Source: a virus. From it: a DNA stretch of 63,174 bases. The stretch lies in the IMG/VR virus record IMGVR_UViG_3300045988_076310. The stretch is one strand, 5' to 3'. Each line of letters opens with the position of its first letter. The stretch's first letter is position 1. The notes under the pieces are model-generated. The model was given only the letters and a program-made list of their open reading frames with translations, ran no database searches and was not told the DNA's origin. Below, one piece after another: positions 29,604 through 38,483 of the stretch. The translations under genes were made by a program, and so were the position numbers.

Positions 29604-30158
29604 ATGACAGATTGTATTAATTGTCAGTGTGAGGAGATTGTAGTAGGCAAGTCAGCCTGTGCATCTCTTAAAAAACAGAATGATGATAGAATTAAGCTAC
29701 ATTCCCTCGTACTGAGGGATACTACACTGTGTGACCTGCCTGAGGAAGCTTCAAAGGCTATTTATTCACAGTGGTGCTTTAACAAGAACATCACCAATCA
29801 ACTGTGTTGGTTGATGAACAATAGCTCAGGTGGTAAAGAATACAAGGCAGGTAAGGATATTAGTATCTCTAGTGATGGTACTATCTCATTCACAGGTGCT
29901 ATTCCTAAGCCTACTGAACCTTATAATGATGCTAACCTAAGAGCTGAGAATGAAAAGCTTAAGAAGGCACTTAACAAGATTATCAATAACCTAACTGCTA
30001 GTGGTGCTTGGACTGGTGGTTTAGATGGTGACTTTGTACCTAACAGAAATATCGCTACAGGTAACATTAACCTCTTTGGAGGTACACCTGACGGAGATGC
30101 CTTCATCCGTACTAATAACGGTAGAACTGAAAACGACTTAGCAGGAGGAGTGAACTAA
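29604..30158 (+). CDS. Cys-rich N-terminal module protein 3, with shared C-terminal module
   Basis: CINCQCEEIVVGKSAC...QWCFNKNITNQLCWL. The C-terminal SGAW...NIATGNINLFGGTPDGDAFIRTNNGRTENDLAGGVN matches the C-terminus of 31419..32495. Confidence 0.65.
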   Translation: MTDCINCQCEEIVVGKSACASLKKQNDDRIKLHSLVLRDTTLCDLPEEASKAIYSQWCFNKNITNQLCWLMNNSSGGKEYKAGKDISISSDGTISFTGAIPKPTEPYNDANLRAENEKLKKALNKIINNLTASGAWTGGLDGDFVPNRNIATGNINLFGGTPDGDAFIRTNNGRTENDLAGGVN

Positions 30159-31426
30159 TGGGATGCTATACTTGTGGGGGAAACCCTAATACTTGGTGCA
30201 CTAAGTGTATGCCTGCTGAGGACACTTGGGTAGCACCTGTGGATAGTTTACCTGATGTATTCATGGGAGATAGGGACCACATGTACCTTCTCCCTAATGG
30301 TGACTTATTCATCCTTTCTCCTGATAGAACTAGATGGATTAAAGTAAATGGTACGGGTAACGCTACAGCCTATGATGATGCTGAGCTTAAAAAGAGATTA
30401 ACAGCATTAGAGGCTAAGCCTGATAAAGATACTATTACCACAATTAGACAAGGTGAAAGAGTAACTGTTACTAAGGATGGTAACGATTACACTATCTCAG
30501 GAAACCCTATCAGAACTGTGAATACTACAGCAGATGATAAGGAACCTCTTGTGACCCTAACTCCTAATGCTTCAGGAGATACACTTACCCTTAACTCTTC
30601 TAGACTAGCTCAGGAGATTGCTAAGGTTCAAGGTAAAACTGATAATTTTGTATCAGGAGTTGGTGTATCAAGAGAAGGTAACAAAGTCAAGCTGACATAC
30701 ACCTTTGTGGATGGTACAAGTAAAGAGGTTGAGTTTGAAGACAAGGACACAGTTGCTTTAGCCTATGATGATACAGCACTGAAGGCTAGAGTAAGTGAAC
30801 TTGAAAAGGTTAAGTATAGAGATAAAGACACTACTGTGTACCCTTATACTATAGGAGAAATAGTAACTTTAGGTAAAGGTAATAGGGTTAGACAAAATGA
30901 GTATAAAACCTATACATACAAGATTACAAGCTCTAATAAACCTTTAACTGAACCCTTTATAGAGAATATCTTACAGTTTGACTTTCAGTTATATGAAAAG
31001 AATAGTATAACTGGTGAAACTTATGGTAGACCTGGTACTAACTTTAGTATTACTAAGGTTGCTAGACAATTTGAGGAATTATACACTGAGCAAACCTATG
31101 CTCTAACAAATAATACATCTCTTCTAGTGAAGCTAAATACTATATGGAAGGATACAGATAATAAATTCACTGTTGAGCTTGGACTAGCCCTTATTTATAA
31201 GGAGCAAGAAGGTGACTTTGTAAGAGAGTACAGACATGACTTCACTGCTGATGAGATTGACTCAGGAGAACAAGCTCATATTTCTGTGCAAGTAGATGGT
31301 GTAGAGAAAGGTTACTCTAAGCTTACCCTGAGAAATGTGGCTGTAGGCATGTCTAACTTTGGTTATAGGGTCTATAAACAAGTAGGTGATGGTGCTTATA
31401 CTAAATTGGAGACTATAAATGAGTAA
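30158..31426 (+). CDS. Fibre-like protein sharing a module with 23616..24938
   Basis: N-terminus CYTCGGNPNTWCTKC. The segment TDNFVSGVGVSREGNKVKLTYTFVDGTSKEVEFEDKDTVALAYDDTALKARV parallels TDNFVKEVTVSREGNKVKLTYTRVDGTSSEVEFDDKDTISIAYDDTALKERV in the fibre. Confidence 0.65.
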   Translation: MGCYTCGGNPNTWCTKCMPAEDTWVAPVDSLPDVFMGDRDHMYLLPNGDLFILSPDRTRWIKVNGTGNATAYDDAELKKRLTALEAKPDKDTITTIRQGERVTVTKDGNDYTISGNPIRTVNTTADDKEPLVTLTPNASGDTLTLNSSRLAQEIAKVQGKTDNFVSGVGVSREGNKVKLTYTFVDGTSKEVEFEDKDTVALAYDDTALKARVSELEKVKYRDKDTTVYPYTIGEIVTLGKGNRVRQNEYKTYTYKITSSNKPLTEPFIENILQFDFQLYEKNSITGETYGRPGTNFSITKVARQFEELYTEQTYALTNNTSLLVKLNTIWKDTDNKFTVELGLALIYKEQEGDFVREYRHDFTADEIDSGEQAHISVQVDGVEKGYSKLTLRNVAVGMSNFGYRVYKQVGDGAYTKLETINE

Positions 31427-32495
31427 AACAATATATAACAAGACTACACAGACAACTACACCTTCGGTTACAGCTTATGATGATGCTCCTATTAAGGCTA
31501 GGCTTACAACTTTAGAGAATAAGCCTGACAATGATAAGCAAACTCTAACTTTTACTGAAGGTAATAGAAACCTATCTATCAGTAATGGTAACACAGTGAC
31601 ACTCCCTGATTATCTTAAGAAGGATGAGGCTTACTCATTGTTCCCTACTTACCCTAAGCTTCAGGATGAGATGACTAAGACTATCAAGGACAAGCATGTT
31701 GACTTAGGTCTTGATAAGCTTATTGAGGATAAGCTTCAGAATGGTAGAAACCCTTATGTTACTAAGGCAGATGTTCCTGCATTATCAGGAGCTAACTTCT
31801 TTGTGACTAAGGGAGATATTCCAGGAACTAAAGCTACCACAATAAATAAGGATACAGTATATAATGCTGATACTATAAAAGTTGGTGATACTGTGAGGGA
31901 TAGGTTCCTTGAACGTACTACAGGTATCTTAGAATATGGGTACTGGAAGGTAACTGCTGTAACTGACAGTACTGTATCCGTAGAGCCTCTAGGTACAGAA
32001 AGAGATATCACTATTGGACCTACTAATCAGACACTAACTTTATCAGGTAGAACCTTATCTATTTCTGGTGGTAACTCAGTTACACTTCCTAACAATGCTA
32101 CACCTTATGATGATACAGCTTTAAGAAATAGAGTCACAGCTCTAGAGAATAAAGAAGATAGAGACAAACAGACACTAAGCCTTAGTGGTAACACTCTATC
32201 AATCTCTAATGGTAATAGTGTCAATCTTCCTCAGTATGTGTCACTCCAAGACTTCAACAATCTTAAGAATGAGTACAACCAACTCAAGGGTGCTTTCACA
32301 GCTCTTCTCCAAAACCTTAAGAACTCAGGAGCTTGGAACCAAACAGGAGGAACTATCTTTGAAGGTTCTCTAAGACCTGATAGAAACATTGCTACTGGTA
32401 ATATCAACTTGTTTGGTGGAACTGTGGATGGTAATGCGTTTATCAGAACTAATAATGGTAAGACTGAGAATGACCTTGCAGGAGGTATTAGTTAA
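31419..32495 (+). CDS. Fibre-like protein (coiled-coil repeats + shared C-terminal module)
   Basis: YDDxxxKxRxTxLENKxDxDKQTL repeats and three (R/N)xLSISxGNxVxLP motifs. The C-terminus SGAW...NIATGNINLFGGTVDGNAFIRTNNGKTENDLAGGIS is shared with 29604..30158. Confidence 0.65.
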   Translation: MSKTIYNKTTQTTTPSVTAYDDAPIKARLTTLENKPDNDKQTLTFTEGNRNLSISNGNTVTLPDYLKKDEAYSLFPTYPKLQDEMTKTIKDKHVDLGLDKLIEDKLQNGRNPYVTKADVPALSGANFFVTKGDIPGTKATTINKDTVYNADTIKVGDTVRDRFLERTTGILEYGYWKVTAVTDSTVSVEPLGTERDITIGPTNQTLTLSGRTLSISGGNSVTLPNNATPYDDTALRNRVTALENKEDRDKQTLSLSGNTLSISNGNSVNLPQYVSLQDFNNLKNEYNQLKGAFTALLQNLKNSGAWNQTGGTIFEGSLRPDRNIATGNINLFGGTVDGNAFIRTNNGKTENDLAGGIS

Positions 32496-33679
32496 TGGCT
32501 GACCAAACAACACTTAACTATGAGCAAATTGCCAAGGTTAGAAGTGTCTTAAGTCTAAACATCTACTCACAAGATAGTGGTACTCGTACATACATCAATG
32601 GTAATAGTTTTAGGGTAGAAACCCCTATGACTATTCCTATTGATGGAGTAGAGACTGCTATCGGTCATGTGAACATTGAAGGTAATATCTTCTATGACCT
32701 GACTGTTGAAGGAACTAGAGTTAAGGCTAAGAATACCAAGGCTAGAATTAATCAAATCTACTATAGAAGGGTTCCTGATACGTATGCTTTCAGTGACTCA
32801 GGAGCTAACTATAGAGTACACACTGCTGTGGGGGATATCTTTAATAAAGACTATGACCCCGCAGGTGGTGATTGGACTGAGACAGTCAACAGAACCTTCA
32901 ACATTGAGGATGTTGAAATTTCTTCTAAAGTAAACGAGCAGGTTAAATATGTAATGTCTACCTTTGATAGGTGGCAATACAACCCTACAGAAAGTAGAGT
33001 TACCTTCTCTCTGACTGTTCCTGACCAAAGTATACTTAACGTACCTCAGGCTCCTAAGGAAGCCAATGTGACAATCAAGTATATTGATAAGTCCACAGGA
33101 AGACCTCTCAGAAATAATGATGTATTAACTAAACAGACTATTGGTTCATACATCACTAGAAATGCTCCTAATATTAACGGTTATGTTCCTGAAAGAAGTT
33201 CACTAAGTCTAGTAGTTAGAGAAGGCACTAATGAGATGACCTTCTACTATGACCCTGCAAAGGCTAATGTTGTTATTGAATATAAGAACAGGGCTAATGG
33301 AGCTACACTAAGACCTTCTGAAACTAGAACTAACCAAAGAGTAGGAAGCACTGTGACAGTAAATGCTCCTGCTATTAAGAACTTTGCTCCTGAGAAAGCT
33401 GTGTATACTCACACAGTTGTCAATGGAGAGAATAAGATTATTGTGTACTACACTGAGGATGCTAAGATTAGACCGTGGGCTATCAGAAAGTCTAACTCAT
33501 GGAAGTCTCTTAACACTACTAGACAGTGGATGAAGATTAGAAGAACAGCTAATCAGAACTATTGGGATACTAAGTCTAATGCTGAAATTTATGCCTCAGA
33601 TGTCAATAAGGAAAACTTCTCTGCCTCACGTATTCGTAAAGGTGGTAAGTGGAAAGCACAAGGAAAGATAGGTAACTAA
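32495..33679 (+). CDS. Adhesin-like protein with two MucBP-type repeats
   Basis: ANVTIKYIDKSTGRPL...IGSYITRNAPNINGYVP...GTNEMTFYYDP and ANVVIEYKNRANGATL...VGSTVTVNAPAIKNFAP...GENKIIVYYTE fit the MucBP pattern (VxVxYxDxxGxxL...G..Y...IxGY...VxFxY). Confidence 0.6.
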   Translation: MADQTTLNYEQIAKVRSVLSLNIYSQDSGTRTYINGNSFRVETPMTIPIDGVETAIGHVNIEGNIFYDLTVEGTRVKAKNTKARINQIYYRRVPDTYAFSDSGANYRVHTAVGDIFNKDYDPAGGDWTETVNRTFNIEDVEISSKVNEQVKYVMSTFDRWQYNPTESRVTFSLTVPDQSILNVPQAPKEANVTIKYIDKSTGRPLRNNDVLTKQTIGSYITRNAPNINGYVPERSSLSLVVREGTNEMTFYYDPAKANVVIEYKNRANGATLRPSETRTNQRVGSTVTVNAPAIKNFAPEKAVYTHTVVNGENKIIVYYTEDAKIRPWAIRKSNSWKSLNTTRQWMKIRRTANQNYWDTKSNAEIYASDVNKENFSASRIRKGGKWKAQGKIGN

Positions 33680-34527
33680 TGGCTATTGATGATAAAACAA
33701 CTAAACTGAATGAAGCATCATTCACAAGTTATACTGAGAACCCTCATGACCGCTGTTGGTATGATGAGTGTGATTGTGATGATATCCCTATTGCTGACTG
33801 TCAGCGGTTGATTGATGAGAATAATAAGGGTGTTGGAAGGTTCGCATGTATGGCTGAAGGTCAGAAGTGCTACAATCCTAAATTCTTCAGTTCATTCATT
33901 AAGAAGCTTGCCTGTCAGCTCAATCACTACATCCAAAACATCTGTGCCTTGTGGGATATGGTTCAATGTATGGGTGAGTATCTAGCTAAACTTGGAGATG
34001 TAGGTACAGTTCATACAAACTATGCTCGTAACTCTGCTGTGTCATCTGATACATTCTATCACCCTATCACAGATGGTTATGACCTAGACCTCTACATGGA
34101 CTCTACTACAGGGGTTGTAGCAGGTGAGTCAGATGATAAGCGTAGAAAGCAAACTGACAGAAAGTATCGTGTATATATCAGATGGTGTGCTGATGGTACT
34201 TCTCTAAACCCTGCTCAGGATAACACTATGGAGTTTGTAGTTTACCACTCAGGTGAACAGTACACTGAAGACCTTAAGAAAAATAGAGGTGTTCACTGGC
34301 AGATGACAGGTGTATCAGATGGAGCTATGGAAATGTCTGACACAATCATTGTACCTGCTGGACAGCACATTAAACTACGTGTAGAGCCTGCTAACTCATC
34401 TCAAGGTACTTTTCGTGTACACCAGTTTAAAGTTGAGTATACTCCTATCATGGACAGTCAAGAGCTTCCTGAATGTCTTAAATTCACTGAGCTTCCTAAG
34501 GATGACTGTAACTGTGATGATAAATAA
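33679..34527 (+). CDS. Cys-rich N-terminal module protein 4 (fibre/RBP-like)
   Basis: RCWYDECDCDDIPIADC...C...KLACQLNHYIQNICALWDMVQC; ends DDCNCDDK. Last gene of the rightward arm. Confidence 0.6.
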   Translation: MAIDDKTTKLNEASFTSYTENPHDRCWYDECDCDDIPIADCQRLIDENNKGVGRFACMAEGQKCYNPKFFSSFIKKLACQLNHYIQNICALWDMVQCMGEYLAKLGDVGTVHTNYARNSAVSSDTFYHPITDGYDLDLYMDSTTGVVAGESDDKRRKQTDRKYRVYIRWCADGTSLNPAQDNTMEFVVYHSGEQYTEDLKKNRGVHWQMTGVSDGAMEMSDTIIVPAGQHIKLRVEPANSSQGTFRVHQFKVEYTPIMDSQELPECLKFTELPKDDCNCDDK

Positions 34528-34553
34528 AAAAGGGACCCTAGTGGTCCTTTTTG
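34526..34553. terminator. Bidirectional rho-independent terminator at the convergence of the two arms
   Basis: AAAAAA-GGGACC-ctagt-GGTCCT-TTTT lies between the + gene ending at 34527 and the - gene ending at 34554. Confidence 0.75.
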
Positions 34554-34841
34554 TTATCTAAATCTACGGTGTCTCCAACGTTTATATAGATTATGGTAGT
34601 TAGTCAACCCCAAACACTCTTCTGTGTATCTAGCGAGTCCTGGTTCAGAGTTCAACACAACATATAACATGTTCTGCTTATCTCTAATCTCCTTACGCTG
34701 TTTACGCATCTTTGTTTGGAATGTTCTTGTGCTTACTTTGATACGTTCACCTAAGTCATTATAGACTTTTTCTAGTCTGATATACTCATCAGAAGCCTCC
34801 TTAGGTGTCATACTCTTAACACTCTCCATCAATGTACTCAT
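34554..34841 (-). CDS. Hypothetical protein
   Basis: Last ORF of the leftward arm; overlaps its upstream neighbour. Confidence 0.55.
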   Translation of the reverse strand: MSTLMESVKSMTPKEASDEYIRLEKVYNDLGERIKVSTRTFQTKMRKQRKEIRDKQNMLYVVLNSEPGLARYTEECLGLTNYHNLYKRWRHRRFR

Positions 34842-35043
34842 AGTACCATAGCTCCTCTCCTGAACTCTTTATTAGAACATTCATATCGCCTTGAGTCAGT
34901 TTAACAAACCTGTCGGAGCCTATCCATCTAGCTATTTTTTCTTGCCTATTCCTAAAACCTGTTACCACTTCATCAAAGTAGCAAGTACCTAATTCGTCAA
35001 TCAGCTTTATGTGATAACGCTTTATTCTCTTTCCAGTAGTCAT
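34816..35043 (-). CDS. Hypothetical protein
   Basis: AAGGAG RBS upstream of ATG 35043. Confidence 0.55.
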   Translation of the reverse strand: MTTGKRIKRYHIKLIDELGTCYFDEVVTGFRNRQEKIARWIGSDRFVKLTQGDMNVLIKSSGEELWYYEYIDGEC

Positions 35044-35896
35044 ACATACTCCTTGTGATTACTATTGAACTTAGTTGCTTCTTAAGCGTAGTAGCTTTTC
35101 GTGAAGGACATGTAGAAGTATCACTAAGAGTCCATCCTATCAGCATATTGGCTACATCATTAGGAGTGATGATACGCTCTTTAGGAGTAATGAAAGGCTG
35201 TTCAATATACCATTCCATTATCTCATCCACAAACTTAGCATAGTCATCTATACTAAATCTCTTATTCCCTGTGACCCTAAGATAATGCTTCCTAACAGGT
35301 ACAGGTACTTTCTTGATGAGGTCAATCTTTATGTTGAGCTCATTAATATAAGAGAAGTCAGTAGCTATATGGAAGTTAGTAAACTTACTTGTGCCAAACA
35401 CTTTCACTTCAGAATAGTAGTTACATATCTCATTACATGACCATCCATAGAATAAGTCCTGTGGAAGCTTATCTATAAAGTCACAGCAGACAGCTAGAAA
35501 GTATTCATGTCTAGGCATACCTGTAGTAAAGGCTGACTTCACAGGTGATACATAATTACACCTAATCTTTGTGCCCTTCTTTCTGAGCTTGTCAGCAACT
35601 ACTTTAACCTCTTTCACAGTGATGATACCATCAGGATTAGTACACTGTCTCACAAGCCTCTCATCACCTACAATACGGTATACAAAGGCTGTAAGTAGTT
35701 TATCCCTAACAGGATATTTAGCTGTGTTTAGAGTACGTATCATGGTCTGAGACATATCATCTAAATACTTTAGATTGTTAGGTAATGACTTTCTTGCTAG
35801 GTCATTGACCTCTTTTTTCTTACTGTGCCTATACTCAAAAGCATCTCTACGCTTAAGCAAGTAAATTTTAAATTCTGAAATTAAGTTATCACTCAT
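34997..35896 (-). CDS. Hypothetical protein (299 aa)
   Basis: Long ORF with an AAGGGAG RBS. No domain could be assigned confidently. Confidence 0.65.
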   Translation of the reverse strand: MSDNLISEFKIYLLKRRDAFEYRHSKKKEVNDLARKSLPNNLKYLDDMSQTMIRTLNTAKYPVRDKLLTAFVYRIVGDERLVRQCTNPDGIITVKEVKVVADKLRKKGTKIRCNYVSPVKSAFTTGMPRHEYFLAVCCDFIDKLPQDLFYGWSCNEICNYYSEVKVFGTSKFTNFHIATDFSYINELNIKIDLIKKVPVPVRKHYLRVTGNKRFSIDDYAKFVDEIMEWYIEQPFITPKERIITPNDVANMLIGWTLSDTSTCPSRKATTLKKQLSSIVITRSMYDYWKENKALSHKAD

Positions 35897-36160
35897 AAGT
35901 AAACTCCCTTATAGCAGGCATGGATAGATGAAAATAAAAACTAAATATAGGAGACATTAGAAACGTTATCACTGGATGTATCCATGCCTGTTATAAAGGA
36001 GGCAAGCTCCTTTATAGTAAAGAATTAGAGGAAACCCCTCTAAGAGCACAGTGTATGTATAGGAATATTATGAAAAAGGTTATACTCATTGAAATTTAGG
36101 ATATAAGTAAGGAATATACACTGTGCTTTCAGAAGGGGCAACTAAGTTGCACCCTATGGG

Positions 36161-36601
36161 TTAATCCCACTCATCATCATCTACGCTTACATCATCAGAT
36201 ACAGATGAACCATCTTCGTCTTCATCATCATCTTCAGAAATAGAGAAGATTTTAGTAACTCGCCACTGGCGTTTGTCATTGTAAGGGTCAGTCTCTTCAA
36301 GAGTGATACCAATGAACTTACCTTTGAAGTCATCAGTATCAAGTTCTCCATTAGGGTCTAGCCCACTTGCTACAGCAAGGCTGTATAAGTCACGATAACC
36401 CCACTGGTTATCACGTACAAAGTGTGTGAAAGTAGCAGGAGCTCCTTCACCAAAGTTACCTCGAAGCTTAAAAGCATAGTGAGCTAGTCCTGAACCTTTA
36501 CTGGTACCATGCTCAATATCCATAATTTCCACTTCATAGCTACCATCATTATAGATGTAATCATCACTGGCTTTTTCAGTCTTAAATAAAATTTTTGACA
36601 T
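36161..36601 (-). CDS. Putative ssDNA-binding protein
   Basis: Highly acidic C-terminal tail ending DDDEWD (SSB-type tail with an aromatic residue). Start overlaps the stop of the Sak4-like ATPase gene (TAATG). Confidence 0.45.
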   Translation of the reverse strand: MSKILFKTEKASDDYIYNDGSYEVEIMDIEHGTSKGSGLAHYAFKLRGNFGEGAPATFTHFVRDNQWGYRDLYSLAVASGLDPNGELDTDDFKGKFIGITLEETDPYNDKRQWRVTKIFSISEDDDEDEDGSSVSDDVSVDDDEWD

Positions 36602-37350
36602 TATTCGTCTCCTTCAGCTTTCTTAGCTTTAGCTTGTGTAGTACCATCTGTAAGTCCTACAAGCTCATCCCACGTAGGGTTAATGATTGTATCAGGAATT
36701 GTTAGTCCTGGTCTACGTGTAACCTTAAGGTTGTACACAGGGTTTCCTGCTAAGCGTACTTGGTAGAAGTCTTTAACCTTCTTGTTACCTTTGACAATCT
36801 TAGACTTTGTGATACGCTCAGTGTGACCTAAGATACGAGATGAAGCTGTCAAGTATTTAGACACACTCTCCATCAAGTTAGGGATAATCTGAGCAGGTAC
36901 ATTCTCATCAGTAACCTCTTCTACGTTTACTGATTTCTGCTGACAAATTACATATACATTTTTGCCTGCATAAGATAGGCGAACAAGAGTATCAACGAAT
37001 GAACGAAGGATGATAGAAGCATCTCCATAAAGTTGTAGAGACATCTTCTTAGAGTTCTTCTTCTCCATCAAGTCCTTATACAATAGTTCTTGAACATTAG
37101 TGAAGTGGTCAATAGCGATAGAGTCAAAGCTCTCAGCTAAGTTGATAGCTTCCTCTACATCTGACCATGTATAACATTCTGCCACTGAGAAACGCTCATT
37201 AGGAGCCACAGAAGCCAATCCACGGTCTGTGTCAATTACAAGTACTTCTCCTGGAAGAGAGTTAATAAGTGTTGTTTTACCACTACCAGGTTCACCATAT
37301 AGGCAAGTCAAGGTGTGGAGTTTAATCTTGTTTAACTTTTTAAGTTCCAT
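36601..37350 (-). CDS. Sak4-like RecA-family ATPase (AAA_24-type)
   Basis: Walker A LYGEPGSGKTTL, Walker B-like VLVIDTDRG, about 250 aa; partnered with the SSB-like gene. Confidence 0.65.
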   Translation of the reverse strand: MELKKLNKIKLHTLTCLYGEPGSGKTTLINSLPGEVLVIDTDRGLASVAPNERFSVAECYTWSDVEEAINLAESFDSIAIDHFTNVQELLYKDLMEKKNSKKMSLQLYGDASIILRSFVDTLVRLSYAGKNVYVICQQKSVNVEEVTDENVPAQIIPNLMESVSKYLTASSRILGHTERITKSKIVKGNKKVKDFYQVRLAGNPVYNLKVTRRPGLTIPDTIINPTWDELVGLTDGTTQAKAKKAEGDE

Positions 37351-37359
37351 TATTTCTCC

Positions 37360-37800
37360 TTACTTACCTGTACTTCCATAACCACCACGGTCTTCATTAC
37401 CTAAATGACTTACCTCAGTGAATGATAGTTCAGGCTGATTTTCAATAAGACGGAACTGACACAATCTTTGACCTCTTGTGATAGAACCATCTCTTACAGC
37501 ATAGAACTTAGCTCCCCAATAGTCATTATCTCCATTGTAGGAGTTATCAATTACACCTACACCATTAGTTAAGATAAGACCTGTGTGTTGGAAAGTACTT
37601 GAACGTGGAGCCAAGTGAGCTTCATACCCAAGGGGTAACTCCATTGCAACTCCAAAGTTCACAGTGACAATATCACCTTTTTTATACTCCAAACCATAAG
37701 GACAAGCTAAGTCAATCCAGTCACCTTGTGAAAGTGCTTCAATTCTAGGTACACTTTCAGCTCGGTACTTAATTTTAATATCAAGCATATTCTTCCTCAA
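37360..37800 (-). CDS. dut: dUTPase (trimeric type)
   Basis: Motifs APRSST, GVGVIDNSYNGDND and C-terminal RGGYGSTGK. Confidence 0.85.
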   Translation of the reverse strand: MRKNMLDIKIKYRAESVPRIEALSQGDWIDLACPYGLEYKKGDIVTVNFGVAMELPLGYEAHLAPRSSTFQHTGLILTNGVGVIDNSYNGDNDYWGAKFYAVRDGSITRGQRLCQFRLIENQPELSFTEVSHLGNEDRGGYGSTGK

Positions 37801-38221
37801 TTATTTTATGAATTATTGATACCATATTTTTAATACTCTCTTTATAAACTATTTCATTAACAACTGTTAATGAAGCCTGTGTTATGAACAAGAGCTGTAG
37901 AGGTGTCATATCAGGTAGGTCCTTAATGTCGAAAACATAAGGGTCCATCTGAGACACAGGTGCATAAGTTAAGGAGTAAGCCTTCTCAAGAAAGACTAAG
38001 GACTTCTTAAGGTCCTCTAAACCATTCTTGTGCTTATATCTCCATACATACTTAACAGCAGAAGCAATCAAAGGGTCAAGCTCTGCTCTGAGCCAAAAGT
38101 CCCAACATTCAATTCCATTAGATGTGTACCTCTTAGGGTTTGTTAATTCTTCTGAAAGGGTCAAAGTGTTCTCCAATCTCTTTGAATACTGAACCAAAAA
38201 TAAGGAGGAGGAATATGCCAA
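37781..38221 (-). CDS. DUF3310-like phage protein (start uncertain)
   Basis: NGIECWDFW...AVKYVWRYKHKNGLEDLKKSLVFLEK resembles the DUF3310 signature. The 89-nt overlap with the upstream ORF suggests a later start, for example TTG 38164 after GGAG. Confidence 0.5.
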   Translation of the reverse strand: MAYSSSLFLVQYSKRLENTLTLSEELTNPKRYTSNGIECWDFWLRAELDPLIASAVKYVWRYKHKNGLEDLKKSLVFLEKAYSLTYAPVSQMDPYVFDIKDLPDMTPLQLLFITQASLTVVNEIVYKESIKNMVSIIHKIIEEEYA

Positions 38222-38351
38222 GTATCACCTTCCATACTCCTCCAAAGAGCATACCAACTAACAACACAGCGGATAGGATTAAGTAACATAGCAAGATAAA
38301 AGCTAGTAAGAAGGCTAGGCAACATAGTATATAAAATAGTAGTGCTAACAT
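38133..38351 (-). CDS. Small membrane protein (72 aa)
   Basis: Two hydrophobic segments; GGAGG RBS inside the upstream small ORF. Confidence 0.55.
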   Translation of the reverse strand: MLALLFYILCCLAFLLAFILLCYLILSAVLLVGMLFGGVWKVILGIFLLLIFGSVFKEIGEHFDPFRRINKP

Positions 38352-38483
38352 CTAACCTCCAAACAGAAAATATTGTAATATCCCAAGAATTACTAAGCCT
38401 GAAATAATCAGGATGCCTGATAAGAAAATCACCAAGGCTACAGTGAGACAGCCAAAGTTAATTTTGTTAAGGGTTCTCATCAT
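38352..38483 (-). CDS. Small membrane protein (43 aa, below the ORF-track cutoff)
   Basis: MMRTLNKINFGCLTVALVIFLSGILIISGLVILGILQYFLFGG. TAATG overlap upstream; its stop abuts the next ATG. Confidence 0.45.
   Translation of the reverse strand: MMRTLNKINFGCLTVALVIFLSGILIISGLVILGILQYFLFGG

Noticed and set aside
34997-35896. Weak motif-level resemblance of the 299-aa protein to thymidine-hypermodification pyrophosphorylase-type (aGPT-Pplase) proteins, e.g. FVYRIVGDERLV and FGTSKFTNFHIATDF.
   Set aside because: The resemblance rests on remembered consensus fragments and needs gaps. No dUMP hydroxymethylase or 5-hmdU kinase partner is evident. It cannot be supported without an HMM search.
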